From positions 13,970-77,969 of the forward strand of contig JBEKYY010000021.1 of the NCBI GenBank assembly GCA_049510395.1: a stretch of DNA of 64,000 bases, given 5' to 3'. The notes under the pieces are model-generated. The model did no database searches. It was not told the origin of the DNA and saw only the letters and a program-made list of their open reading frames with translations. Shown here in pieces: positions 17,070-26,682 of this stretch. Position numbers and translations under genes: made by a program. Position 1 is the stretch's first letter. Every line of letters starts with the position of its first letter. This stretch comes from Verrucomicrobiota bacterium. Its GTDB lineage: Bacteria; Verrucomicrobiota; Verrucomicrobiia; Limisphaerales; UBA11358.

Positions 17070-18587
17070 TTATTTGTCTTTATCGTCACCCTTGCTCATC
17101 GCCTTTTTCAGCGCGGGGACCTGCTCCAGCAATTTCTCGAACTTCACGCCGGTCAGGCTCTCCAGCACCGGGGGTAACTGGCTGATGATGGTGGTCACGT
17201 CGCCGGTCAGCTTGCTCGCGCCGCCGCCGGGACCGTTGCCGCTGTTGATGATGACCATCTTCTCCATCTTCGCCAGCGGCTCGCTGATCTTGCCCGCCAC
17301 TTCCGGCAGCACGCGCACAATCATTTCGATGACCGCCGCTTCGTTGTATTGCTTGAAGCTTTCGGCCTTTACACGCATGGCTTCGGCGGTCGCCTTGCCC
17401 TGTGCCTCGATGACGGACGCCTCGGCCAGGCCGCGCGCCTTGTTCGCGTCGGCTTCGGCCAGACCCGTGGCTTTCACGACGTCGGCGCCGGCAAAACCGG
17501 TCGCTTTCGTCGCGGACGCCGCGCCCGCCGCCTCGGTTTCGAGCTGGAATTTCTTCGCGTTGGCCAGCGTTTCGACTTTGTAACGCTCGGCGTCGGCGGG
17601 CTTTTGCACGGTGGCTTCGAGTTCGCGCGATTTGCGCTGGATTTCCTGCTGCTGCAACTCGATTTGCTTTTGCTTCTCGATGATTTGCACCTGGACTTCC
17701 TCGGCCTTCACGAGCTGGCCGGTCTTGAATTTCTGCAAATCATACGCCAGGTCGGCCTGCGCCTTCTGCTGGTTCACCGTGGCCTGATATTGCGCGACGT
17801 TCGATTGGTAATCGCGTTGCGCCTCGGCGATTTTCGTGTCGGCGGCGAACTGTGCCTCCTGTCCGGCCTGTTTCGCCTGCGCGGAACGAATCTGCGAATC
17901 GCGGTCGGCCTCGGCCTGGGCGATGATGGCGTCACGTTTGACCTGGGCGATGCGCGGTTTGCCGAGGGCATCTAGGTAGCCTTGCGTGTCGCGGATGTCG
18001 CGAATGGTGAAACTGACGATGCCGAGCCCCATGTTCGCCATGTCGCCGGCGGCCACTTCCTGGACTTTCTGGGCGAACGCGTCGCGGTTCTGGTAGATTT
18101 CCTCGACGGTCATGGTGCCGAGAATGGCGCGCAAGTGGCCTTCCAGCGTCTGCGTGGCGATGTTGCGGATTTCATCCGTGGCCTTGCCGAGAAATTGTTC
18201 CGCCGAGGTGCGGATGGAAACGTCATCGCCCTTGACCTTCATCTGGGCGACGCCGTCCACCTTTACCGGCACGCCCTTGCTGGTGTAGACCTCTGGCGTC
18301 TGCACATCAATGGTCAGCAGTTCCAGCGACAGGATGTCCACCTTCTCAAAAATCGGCCAGACGAACGTGCCGCCGCCCTTGACGATGCGGAAGCCGACCT
18401 TCGTGCCATCCTGCTCACGATGCTTCATGCCGGACACCACCAGGACCTGATTCGGCCCGACCTTCGTGTAACGGCTGAACACCATGTAGAGGAGCAGGAA
18501 CACCACGAAGACGATGACAATCGTGGCAATGATGACGATGCCGCCTTGGGCGAAGTTCAGTTCGGCAAGCAGAAGAGCGAGGTTCAT
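17070..18587 (-). CDS. Flotillin family (SPFH/band 7) protein
   Basis: N-terminal TM segment, an SPFH domain, then long Ala/Glu/Gln-rich flotillin repeats (AQAEADRDSQIRSAQAKQAGQEAQFAADTKIAEAQRD...). Confidence 0.85.
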   Translation of the reverse strand: MNLALLLAELNFAQGGIVIIATIVIVFVVFLLLYMVFSRYTKVGPNQVLVVSGMKHREQDGTKVGFRIVKGGGTFVWPIFEKVDILSLELLTIDVQTPEVYTSKGVPVKVDGVAQMKVKGDDVSIRTSAEQFLGKATDEIRNIATQTLEGHLRAILGTMTVEEIYQNRDAFAQKVQEVAAGDMANMGLGIVSFTIRDIRDTQGYLDALGKPRIAQVKRDAIIAQAEADRDSQIRSAQAKQAGQEAQFAADTKIAEAQRDYQSNVAQYQATVNQQKAQADLAYDLQKFKTGQLVKAEEVQVQIIEKQKQIELQQQEIQRKSRELEATVQKPADAERYKVETLANAKKFQLETEAAGAASATKATGFAGADVVKATGLAEADANKARGLAEASVIEAQGKATAEAMRVKAESFKQYNEAAVIEMIVRVLPEVAGKISEPLAKMEKMVIINSGNGPGGGASKLTGDVTTIISQLPPVLESLTGVKFEKLLEQVPALKKAMSKGDDKDK

Positions 18588-18625
18588 GTGAGTTGATGGT
18601 TGATAGTTGAGAGTTGAGGGTTAAA

Positions 18626-19180
18626 TCAGTTGACTGACGTGACGTAAAACTGGGTTCCCACGATGCGGGTGATTTTGACGGTCTTGCCATTGGCCACCGC
18701 CACATTGTTTTCCGCGCGGGCTGGCGCCGAATAACGCGTGCCACCCACAACGTAGGCAATTTCGCCCACGCCATTTTCCGGGATGGGAGTTATGACATTG
18801 GCCTCCGAACCGATCAGATCGGCCACCTTTGATTCGCTGGAACTTTGGGTATGGCTGAACACGGCGCGCAAAAACACGAGCATCGCCCCCGCCACCACCA
18901 GACCACCGACGAGGGAGAGCGGCGCGCTGACCACCGCGCTGCTCGTTTTGGGAAACTGCGTGAAAATGAGGCCGAAACCGCCAAACGCCGTCACGAATGA
19001 AGCCATGACCGTGGGGCTGAAAATGGAGATACCCGGCATGTCGCTGGTGTCGGCGCCCGCCTCCGCGTGCCCGCCGCTGCCCGCCACATGGGCGTCATGC
19101 CCGCTGAAAAAGTGCCCGGCCAGCACACTGGTTACCGTGAACGCCAAACCCACCATCAGACAGATTGCGTAGATCATCAT
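18626..19180 (-). CDS. NfeD family membrane protein
   Basis: Three or four TM helices plus a C-terminal OB-fold tail (GVGEIAYVVGGTRYSAPARAENNVAVANGKTVKITRIVGTQFYV). It is classically paired with the flotillin gene. Confidence 0.75.
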   Translation of the reverse strand: MMIYAICLMVGLAFTVTSVLAGHFFSGHDAHVAGSGGHAEAGADTSDMPGISIFSPTVMASFVTAFGGFGLIFTQFPKTSSAVVSAPLSLVGGLVVAGAMLVFLRAVFSHTQSSSESKVADLIGSEANVITPIPENGVGEIAYVVGGTRYSAPARAENNVAVANGKTVKITRIVGTQFYVTSVN

Positions 19181-19363
19181 AATTCCTCGCTGAGTTGTTG
19201 TGGGCGCGAGTAGAAACCCAACCCGCTTTCAAAGCAAGTCGGAAAGGCATGCCGGACTTTGCCATTGTGTTTCATGCGTCGCGCCAATCAAACACCACCC
19301 TGCCCTTCAGCGCACCTATAATTTGCCGGCAGATTTGTAAACGCAGCGGGACGCACCGGTTTC

Positions 19364-19474
19364 GGAGCGCGAGTTGTCCCAACTCGCAGCCGATTCCAGT
19401 GCAGAGAATGGTTCGAAAACTTCCAACGAAGATTTGCGCTCGTGGCGGCTGCGGCTTGGGACAAGCCGCGCTCC
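19364..19474. repeat. MITE-like element with inverted arms ggagcgcgagttgtcccaactcgcagc / gctgcggcttgggacaagccgcgctcc
   Basis: Each arm is itself a hairpin. A second copy with the same architecture lies at 23537-23648. Confidence 0.75.
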
Positions 19475-19521
19475 GCCGCTTCACGCTTGCCAACTCCGTC
19501 CCGCTTTTCCATTGTCTCGCC

Positions 19522-20013
19522 ATGCATTCCTACGAATTGTTGCGCGAGGTTTTCAACAAAAAAGCCCCCAAACAGGTCGCCGCCGACCTCGGCCTGTCGC
19601 TTTCCATGGTTTACAAATGGGCCGAACCGCCGGACCACGCCGCCGGCAGCGGCACCGGCAACCCGCTCGACCGCATCGAAGCCCTGCTGACCAGCACCGG
19701 CGACCACCGGCTCGTCCAATGGATTTGCCAGCGCGCCGGCGGCTTTTTCATCCTCAATCCGAAGAACGCGCCGCATCCGCATTTCCTGATTCCGGCCACC
19801 AACCAGATTGTCCAGGAATTCGCCGATCTCCTCGCCGTCATCGCCACCGCCACTGCGGACGACAAAATTACGCAGGCGGAGTCCAAGCAAATCCGCGCGC
19901 GGTGGGAGGAATTGAAAACGGTGACGGAAGGTTTTGTCGCATGTTGCGAGCAGGGAAATTTTGGCCCGCTCAAAAACGAAGCCGCCAAACGCGCGGCGGC
20001 AAGTCAGCAGTGA
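19522..20013 (+). CDS. HTH protein, possibly phage CII (CP76)-like regulatory family
   Basis: ATG at 19522 (MHSYELLREVFNKKAPKQVAADLGLSLSMVYKWAEPPD...). An N-terminal HTH is followed by a helical C-terminal region. The family assignment is from memory and tentative. Confidence 0.45.
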   Translation: MHSYELLREVFNKKAPKQVAADLGLSLSMVYKWAEPPDHAAGSGTGNPLDRIEALLTSTGDHRLVQWICQRAGGFFILNPKNAPHPHFLIPATNQIVQEFADLLAVIATATADDKITQAESKQIRARWEELKTVTEGFVACCEQGNFGPLKNEAAKRAAASQQ

Positions 20014-20057
20014 GAAGGCACGGAACAACAGGTTTCTCCAGCGCCGGAGGTGCGTTA

Positions 20058-20210
20058 GAAAGTAGCCCACGGTGAAACCGTGGGTAAGACGTTGGAAGAA
20101 CACAAGCCCCGGATGGGGCGAAAGAACAGCAACGATTTTTTCTGCCGTCCCTACCGGGGCGGGGGTTGTTTTTGCTTCGAATCCCACGGCTGACGCCGTG
20201 GGCTACTTTC
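20058..20210. repeat. MITE-like element with 15-bp perfect terminal inverted repeats
   Basis: gaaagtagcccacgg (20058-20072) is the reverse complement of 20196-20210. Each end forms its own hairpin (cccacggtgaaaccgtggg, cccacggctgacgccgtggg). Confidence 0.85.
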
Positions 20211-20231
20211 TTTCACCGCTCCGCGGCTGAC

Positions 20232-21653
20232 TTAATTCCCTGCTTTTTTCTTCGCAATGGTGTGCGTCGCGTGGCCGTAAAATACCTCCGCGCATTCCAT
20301 GAGCGTCTCCGACAGCGTCGGATGCGGATGCACCGTTAGCGCGATGTCCTCGGCGGTTGCGCCCATTTCCAGCGCCAGTACCGCCTCGGCAATCAATTCA
20401 CCCGCGCCCGCGCCCACGATGCCCACGCCCAACACCCGGTCGCTTTCGGGATCAATCAACATCTTCGTCAGCCCGTCCGTCCGGTCGAATGACAACGCCC
20501 GGCCCGACGCCGACCACGGGAATTTTGCCACTTCATATTTCACGCCTTTGGCCTTCGCCTCGGCTTCGGTCAGCCCGCACCACGCCAGTTCCGGGTCGGT
20601 GAACACTACCGCCGGAATGACGATGTTTTCAAACGTGACGTCCTCGCCGTTGAGGTTTTCAACGGCAATGCGCGCTTCCTTGTGCGCCTTGTGCGCCAGC
20701 AAAATCCCGCCCGCAATGTCGCCGATGGCGTAAATGTTCGGGTCGCCGGTCTGCTGATGATGGTTGACCTTGACGAAGCCTTTGTCATCCCGCTCGACCT
20801 TGGTGTTTTCGAGGCCGAGATCGGCGCTGTTCGGCACGCGACCCACCGCCACGAGCACGCGGTCGTAAAGTTCGGACAACTTCTGGCTGTTGTATTCCAT
20901 CTCCACCTTGATCTGCTTGCCGGCGGTGGCCATCTTCGTGACCTTGGCCTTGAGCCGGATTTCCTTGAACATCTTCTTCGCGTTCGCCACCACTGGCCGG
21001 GCCAGGTCAGGGTCGGCGCCAGTGAGCACGTTGTCGAGTGCCTCGACAAGCGTGATTTTGCTCCCCAACGCGGCATAGACTGTGCCCAGTTCCATTCCGA
21101 TGTATCCGCCGCCCACAACAAGCAGGCTTCCCGGTATGTCCGCCACTTCGAGCGCCTCGTTGGAGGTCATGATGCGCGGGTTGCCGAGGTCGAACACCTT
21201 GGGTAATGCCGGCAGTGAACCGACCGCCAGAATGGCCTTTTCAAACTGAACGAACTGCTGCCCCTGCTCCGTCTCGACGCGCAACGTCTGCGAACCTTCA
21301 AAATAACCGCGTCCCCGGATGACCTGCACGCCGCGCATTTTGGCGAGCGTCGCCACGCCGCCACCGAGTTTTTCCAGAATGGATTCCTTCCACGCGCGCA
21401 GTTTCGGCAAATCCACCGCCGGTGGCGTAAACGTGATGCCGCGATGCTCGGATTCCTTGGCGGTGGTGATTTGATGCGTCGCGTAGAGCAGCGCCTTCGA
21501 CGGAATGCAGCCGCAATTCAGGCAGACGCCGCCGAGCCGCTTCTCGCGCTCGACGAGAATGACCTTCATGCCCAGGTCAGCCGCGTAAAAAGCCGCCGCA
21601 TATCCGCCCGGCCCCGCGCCGACAACCACGATTTGAGTTTTGATTGGGTCCAT
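20232..21653 (-). CDS. lpdA: Dihydrolipoyl dehydrogenase (E3)
   Basis: VVVGAGPGGYAAAFYAADLG (FAD-binding), GGVCLNCGCIPSK (redox disulfide) and the C-terminal HPHPTLSE motif. I chose the ATG at 21653. Confidence 0.95.
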   Translation of the reverse strand: MDPIKTQIVVVGAGPGGYAAAFYAADLGMKVILVEREKRLGGVCLNCGCIPSKALLYATHQITTAKESEHRGITFTPPAVDLPKLRAWKESILEKLGGGVATLAKMRGVQVIRGRGYFEGSQTLRVETEQGQQFVQFEKAILAVGSLPALPKVFDLGNPRIMTSNEALEVADIPGSLLVVGGGYIGMELGTVYAALGSKITLVEALDNVLTGADPDLARPVVANAKKMFKEIRLKAKVTKMATAGKQIKVEMEYNSQKLSELYDRVLVAVGRVPNSADLGLENTKVERDDKGFVKVNHHQQTGDPNIYAIGDIAGGILLAHKAHKEARIAVENLNGEDVTFENIVIPAVVFTDPELAWCGLTEAEAKAKGVKYEVAKFPWSASGRALSFDRTDGLTKMLIDPESDRVLGVGIVGAGAGELIAEAVLALEMGATAEDIALTVHPHPTLSETLMECAEVFYGHATHTIAKKKAGN

Positions 21654-21670
21654 GGGAAAAATGGAGAGTT

Positions 21671-22180
21671 GGAGTATTGGAGTTATGGAGTGTTGTTCAT
21701 TCAACGCCAGCGTAGGCGATGTTGCTTTCTTTCAGGACGAGATGGTCAATCCAGTCACCGGCCATCTCCTTGCGCTCAAGACTTTCCACAAGTTTCAAAA
21801 GACCGTTTTCGAGCTTAAACGCCAGTGCGTTCAGCAAATCGAAGTCCGCCGGCTGAAGTTGCCCTGCTTTATGATAAGCAATGAGTCCGGAAACAGACTC
21901 GCCAAGTGAGCCGAGCGCGAAATTCAGAAATTGCAGATACTCACGGAGAGAACGCCGACAATAGCCCTCCGCAATATTTCGATGCACCGAATCCGCAGAA
22001 GCAATTCCTTGCGATGCAACACGTCGCAAGTCGTAAGGCCACGTCCGGAAAACACGACTGCAAGAAACGTAAAAATCAATCGCATCCTGCCACACCCGCA
22101 GTTGCTGGTACCCGCGATTTTTGTTTCGATAATTCGTTTCCATATCTCATCACTCCACTACTCCATCACTCCAATACTCC
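21671..22180. repeat. Inverted repeats bracketing the four-helix-bundle gene
   Basis: ggagtattggagt (21671-21683) is the exact reverse complement of actccaatactcc (22168-22180). The match extends to about 21/23 nt (ggagtattggagtTatggagtG vs ggagtattggagtGatggagtA). Confidence 0.75.
21697..22143 (-). CDS. Four-helix-bundle protein (23S rRNA intervening-sequence protein family)
   Basis: YQQLRVWQDAIDFYV...VHRNIAEGYCRRSLREYLQFLNFALGSLGESVSGL matches the TIGR02436-type family as I remember it. Confidence 0.8.
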   Translation of the reverse strand: METNYRNKNRGYQQLRVWQDAIDFYVSCSRVFRTWPYDLRRVASQGIASADSVHRNIAEGYCRRSLREYLQFLNFALGSLGESVSGLIAYHKAGQLQPADFDLLNALAFKLENGLLKLVESLERKEMAGDWIDHLVLKESNIAYAGVE

Positions 22181-22182
22181 GT

Positions 22183-23445
22183 TCACAGTTTTATTGTTTC
22201 CTCGCCAAAGTTTTCCATCGTTTTCACGAGATCCACCATGAACCGCGCCGCCGCGCCGCCGTCAATCACCCGATGATCGTACGACAATCCCAATGGCGTC
22301 ATCAGGCGCACCTCGACCTTGCCGTCGCGCGCCACGGGCTTCATCGCGCCGCGTCCGAGACCGAGGATGGCTACCTCCGGTTTGTTGATGATGGGCGTGA
22401 AATGCGCGCCGCCGATGGCTCCTTGATTGGTAATGGTGAACGTGCCGCCTTTCAGCTCCTCCGCTGTCACCTTGCGCTCACGCGCCTTTTGCGCGAGCTG
22501 CTCCAGTTCCTTCGCCAAATCGAGCACGCTCTTCCTGTCCGCGTCGCGGACCACCGGCACAATCAAACCCTGCTCGGTGTCCACCGCAATGCCGATGTGA
22601 AAATATTCCTTGATGACCACTGCCTGCGCGGCTTCATCGAGACTGGAGTTGAAAATCGGGTGCTTTTTCAACGTCTCGACCAGCGCCTTGAGCACGAGTG
22701 GCGTAAGCGTGAGTTTCGCGCCCTTTTTCTCATAAGCCGGCGCGTATTTCTTCCGCAGTTCGTTGAGCCGCGTGAAGTCGGCTTCGTCGAATTGCGTAAC
22801 GTGCGGGATGGCGTTCCAGTTCTCCCACATCCGCCGCGCGATCACCTGGCGCAGTTGCGACAGCGGCTTCTTGGTCACCGGCCCCCATTTGGAAAAATCA
22901 ATCGATTCGGCGACCGGTTTGGCCGGTGCCGTGGCGGCCGTCTTGGGTTTTTCCGTCGCCTTCTGCAAACGCGCGATGTAGGCGCGAATGTCACCGATGA
23001 CGATTCGTCCGCCCGCCTCGCTGCCACGTACCTTGGACAAATCAATACCCAGCTCGCGCGCGAGCCGGCGGACCGACGGCGAGGCGACCGGCGCGGCCAC
23101 AGGTTTGGGAATCTCCTCTCCGGCCTCGCCTGCGGGTTCTTCAACAAGCATTTCAGGCTCCGGCTCTGGTGCGGCCTGCTTCGCGGCGGGTACGCCGGCG
23201 GCAACAGGTTGATCATCACCGCTCAATGAGATAAGGCGCTGGCCGACGCTGATTTTGTCGCCCGATTTGACGTAAATTTTTGCGACGACACCGGCGGCCG
23301 TGGACGGGATGGAAGCCACAGCCTTTTCATTTTCCAATTCGAGGATGGCCTGATCCCTGGCAATTGTGTCGCCTTCCTTCACAAAGACATTGACCACGAC
23401 GCCTGAATCAGCGCCTTCACCAAGTTTAGGAAGTTTAACATCCAT
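22183..23445 (-). CDS. 2-oxoacid dehydrogenase E2 component (dihydrolipoamide acyltransferase)
   Basis: ATG at 23445. Lipoyl domain MDVKLPKLGEGADSGVVV...LELENEKAV, E3-binding domain ASPSVRRLARELGIDLSKVRGSEAGGRI, and catalytic LSYDHRVIDGG. Confidence 0.9.
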   Translation of the reverse strand: MDVKLPKLGEGADSGVVVNVFVKEGDTIARDQAILELENEKAVASIPSTAAGVVAKIYVKSGDKISVGQRLISLSGDDQPVAAGVPAAKQAAPEPEPEMLVEEPAGEAGEEIPKPVAAPVASPSVRRLARELGIDLSKVRGSEAGGRIVIGDIRAYIARLQKATEKPKTAATAPAKPVAESIDFSKWGPVTKKPLSQLRQVIARRMWENWNAIPHVTQFDEADFTRLNELRKKYAPAYEKKGAKLTLTPLVLKALVETLKKHPIFNSSLDEAAQAVVIKEYFHIGIAVDTEQGLIVPVVRDADRKSVLDLAKELEQLAQKARERKVTAEELKGGTFTITNQGAIGGAHFTPIINKPEVAILGLGRGAMKPVARDGKVEVRLMTPLGLSYDHRVIDGGAAARFMVDLVKTMENFGEETIKL

Positions 23446-23536
23446 AATTAACGGGAGACAAGTTGGCGGAAAACCCCGCATTTTTCCAGTAATAATTTTA
23501 CGCGCAGCACCGCAGGTTGACTCCTGCCTGCGAAAC

Positions 23537-23648
23537 GGAGCGCGGCTTGTCTCAAGCCGCAGCACACGCGAACGCATTACACGATTCAAAAGTTTTTTCA
23601 CCTGTCGCCGCACTGGTGGCTGCTGCGAGTTGGGACAACTCGCGCTCC
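23537..23648. repeat. Second copy of the ggagcgcg...gcgctcc MITE-like element
   Basis: Arms ggagcgcggcttgtctcaagccgcagc (23537-23563) and gctgcgagttgggacaactcgcgctcc (23622-23648), with the same layout as 19364-19474. Confidence 0.75.
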
Positions 23649-23669
23649 AGCACGGAGACCAAGTCATGC

Positions 23670-24101
23670 TCAACGCACCTTTTCCCAATTCCGCACTTTG
23701 CCGGGAACAATTCCAAACAGCGGATGCGGCGCGGGAATTTTTACCGGCAGAAGATCGCGATACCTTTTCACGTCCCGTCTTTTCAACTTCCACTTCAAGT
23801 GCTGCCATTCATAAAGTAGTTGGCCGCGGGTCTCCTTCAATTTACCGCGAAACCGCCACACGCCGATTTTGGCCGCGTCAAATTTATAACCGCGCTGTAC
23901 AGCTTCTTCATGCACTGCCGCCAGATAACTGGCCAGTGCGGCGGACGGATTGGGGTGTCCGGAAAAACGCCGCAATTGCGGATGATGCCGGTATCCGCGC
24001 GTCGCTCCGCGCAAGACCTTTTGCGCCAGCAACGCCTCGCGCCAGAGCGCCACCAGTCCCCGGGCGTCCAGATACTTCGGATGCAACGTCCACAATCGCA
24101 T
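23670..24101 (-). CDS. Pyrimidine dimer DNA glycosylase / endonuclease V (DenV) family protein
   Basis: MRLWTLHPKYLDARGLVALWREALLAQKVL...YRHHPQLRRF is the conserved N-terminal pattern of this family. Confidence 0.7.
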   Translation of the reverse strand: MRLWTLHPKYLDARGLVALWREALLAQKVLRGATRGYRHHPQLRRFSGHPNPSAALASYLAAVHEEAVQRGYKFDAAKIGVWRFRGKLKETRGQLLYEWQHLKWKLKRRDVKRYRDLLPVKIPAPHPLFGIVPGKVRNWEKVR

Positions 24102-24165
24102 GATGGCACGCTAATTTAGACAGGCTTTTTTACTTCGGCAATGCCCGCTATTGGCGGCGGGCGAT

Positions 24166-24222
24166 GTGGACTGCGGCGACATGTCGCCGCTTTGAAAGCG
24201 CGGACATGTCCGCGCACTCCAT
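24166..24222. repeat. Twin-hairpin REP-like element (gcggcgacatgtcgccgc + gcgcggacatgtccgcgc)
   Basis: Same family as 14880-14938 and 28148-28207. Confidence 0.8.
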
Positions 24223-24302
24223 AATTCCCGTCCCAGAGACGCTCGCCCACCCCTTTTGTGAATTCACTTCAAACATTCCGTCAAATCTGGCATCTAATCC
24301 GT

Positions 24303-26486
24303 GTGCGACGCATCGGAACCATTCTGGCAGGCCTGTTTTTTTGCCTCGCGGCCCTCACCGCGCATGCCGCTCACACGCGGGCGCGGCTGATTTTGTCCGC
24401 CGACACCGCGAAAGCCGGTGACACCATCTGGGCCGGGGTGGACATGAAAATGGAGCCGGCATGGCACACCTACTGGAAAAATCCCGGCGCCGCCGGTCTG
24501 GCCACCAAAATGGTATGGCAGCTTCCCCCCGGCGTCACCGCCGGCGACATCCAGTGGCCCCTGCCGGAAAAGATTCCGCCGCTTGAAGTCGGCACTTACG
24601 GCTACAACGACGAGGTTGTCCTGCTGGTGCCGCTTAAGCTCGCCGCCGATTTGAAACCCGGCCCGCTCGATTTGAAGGCCAAGGTCTCCTGGCTCGAATG
24701 CAAGGAAGCCTGCATCCCCGGCAGCGGCGATGTTGAAGCCACCCTCAACATCGGCGACCAAACTCAAGACTCCTACGACGACGCGCTCATTGAATCGTGG
24801 AAATGGAAAGTACCGACATCCGCTGAAGGCTGGTCAGTCCGTGCGTGGTGGGAAAGAGCCGCAACTGACGATACACGACCATTGCTAATCAAATGCTATC
24901 CGACTCTCGTCTGGGAGAGGCTAATGTTTGACTCGGCTGATTTCTTCCCATACGCGAACGAGAATTTTGAAATCCAAGCCACGACTGAAAACGTTCTAGG
25001 CCGGGCTTTCGGACCCTGCTTGCGCAAACTCGTAAAAAAATATTCCGGCGACTGGCCGAAGGAAATCAGCGGTGTGATTGTCCTGGAAACCGGCAACAGG
25101 CGAATCAGCTTTGAAGTCAAGCTGACGGTCAGCGATAAAACTCTCGCCGGTGATACGATCTCCGCGCAAACGCCACCGGAAAGTAGCACAGGCGTCCCGC
25201 CAGTCCGGGCCGGCGAGACGCCTGCGCTACCTTCACAACCGCTCTGGCGAATGCTGCTCTACGCCTTCATCGGCGGATTGATTCTGAACATCATGCCCTG
25301 CGTGTTACCGGTTATTGCGCTGAAAATCCTCGGCTTCGTCGGCGAAGCCCGCAGCGACCCGCGTCACGTCCGCAAACTTGGCCTCGTTTATGCACTCGGC
25401 GTGCTGGTGTCGTTCGCCGCCCTCGCCGCCGTCGTCATCGGCGTCAAGGCCGCCGGTCACCGCGCCGGCTGGGGCATGCAGTTCAGCAGCCCGGTCTTTG
25501 TGGTTTGCCTCACAACATTGGTCACGCTCGTCGCTTTGAATTTGTTTGGTGTGTTTGAAGTCACGCTCGGCGGACGCGCGCTCGACGCGGCGGGCGGACT
25601 GGCATCCAAGCATGGCGCAGCAGGCGCATTTTTCAACGGCGTGCTGGCCACAGTGCTGGCCACGCCTTGCACTGCGCCGTTCTTGAGCATCGCACTCGGC
25701 TTCGCCTTCGCCCAAAAAGCGCCGGTGATTCTGTTGATGTTTCTCGCTGTCGCTGTGGGGCTGGCCGCGCCGTACTTAGTGCTGAGTTGGGACCCGGCGT
25801 GGCTGAAATTTCTGCCGAAGCCCGGTGCGTGGATGGAAAAATTCAAGATCGCCATGGGCTTCCCCATGCTGGCGACCGCCGTGTGGCTGTTCAACCTCGC
25901 CGCCGGCAGTTATGGCGGCCGGGTGTTGTGGCTGGGTGTTTTTCTGGTGGTCGTCGCGCTTGCGGCGTGGGTTTTCGGCGAGTTCATCCAGCGTGGCCGT
26001 GCCCGCAAAGGCCTGGCGCTCGTGATTGTGCTGATTTTGCTGGTCAGTGGTTACACCTACGCGTTGGAAAGCCAGTTGCACTGGCGCGAACCAATGGCGG
26101 CTTCGGACACGTCCGGTTCGCTGAAGGAATCGGCGGACGGAATTGACTGGCAACGCTGGAGTCCTGAAGCCGTGGCGAAAGCGCGCAGTGAAGGTCGCCC
26201 GGTTTTGGTGGATTTCACCGCCAATTGGTGCCTCACCTGTCAGGTGAATAAAAAAACCAGCATCGAAATCCCGTCCGTGCGCGCGAAGCTGAAGGAAATC
26301 AATGCCGTCGCGTTGCTTGGCGATTACACGCGATTCCCCGACAACATCACGTCGGAACTGAACCGCTTTAACCGTGCCGGTGTGCCACTGGTTTTGGTTT
26401 ATCCCAAGGATGCCACCGCGCCGCCAATCGTCCTGCCTGAAATTCTGACCCCGGGCATTGTGCTCGACGCCCTTGACCGCAGGTAG
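24303..26486 (+). CDS. dsbD: Thiol:disulfide interchange protein, DsbD family
   Basis: N-terminal periplasmic domain, a TM core with NIMPCVLPVIALK and ATPCTAPFL, and a C-terminal thioredoxin fold with WCLTCQ. I prefer the GTG at 24303 (signal-like RRIGTILAGLFFCLAALTAHA). GTG at 24258 is the alternative. Confidence 0.85.
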   Translation: MRRIGTILAGLFFCLAALTAHAAHTRARLILSADTAKAGDTIWAGVDMKMEPAWHTYWKNPGAAGLATKMVWQLPPGVTAGDIQWPLPEKIPPLEVGTYGYNDEVVLLVPLKLAADLKPGPLDLKAKVSWLECKEACIPGSGDVEATLNIGDQTQDSYDDALIESWKWKVPTSAEGWSVRAWWERAATDDTRPLLIKCYPTLVWERLMFDSADFFPYANENFEIQATTENVLGRAFGPCLRKLVKKYSGDWPKEISGVIVLETGNRRISFEVKLTVSDKTLAGDTISAQTPPESSTGVPPVRAGETPALPSQPLWRMLLYAFIGGLILNIMPCVLPVIALKILGFVGEARSDPRHVRKLGLVYALGVLVSFAALAAVVIGVKAAGHRAGWGMQFSSPVFVVCLTTLVTLVALNLFGVFEVTLGGRALDAAGGLASKHGAAGAFFNGVLATVLATPCTAPFLSIALGFAFAQKAPVILLMFLAVAVGLAAPYLVLSWDPAWLKFLPKPGAWMEKFKIAMGFPMLATAVWLFNLAAGSYGGRVLWLGVFLVVVALAAWVFGEFIQRGRARKGLALVIVLILLVSGYTYALESQLHWREPMAASDTSGSLKESADGIDWQRWSPEAVAKARSEGRPVLVDFTANWCLTCQVNKKTSIEIPSVRAKLKEINAVALLGDYTRFPDNITSELNRFNRAGVPLVLVYPKDATAPPIVLPEILTPGIVLDALDRR

Positions 26487-26497
26487 TGGTTCAGTTT

Positions 26498-26577
26498 GGT
26501 GGGGCGAGGCTACTGACGAGCCGTCTCCGCTTCGCTTCGCCACCCCAAGACCGGCTCGCGAGTACGCTCGCCCCACC
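26498..26577. repeat. ggtggggcgagg...cgccccacc palindromic element
   Basis: The termini ggtggggcgaggctactgacgag / ctcgcgagtacgctcgccccacc are related to 32075-32181, 34629-34710 and 42316-42423. Confidence 0.8.
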
Positions 26578-26682
26578 GAAGGCCGCAAAATGTACCACCA
26601 CTAGACCGCGCCGGGTATTGACATTTTGAACGAAATGGCTACATTGGTGTCTCTTAAACAACTAATTACTAATTCTAACTAT

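Noticed and set aside
21931-23229. 432-aa plus-strand ORF
   Set aside because: It is antisense to the E2 acyltransferase and the four-helix-bundle gene. It has Arg-rich shadow-frame composition.
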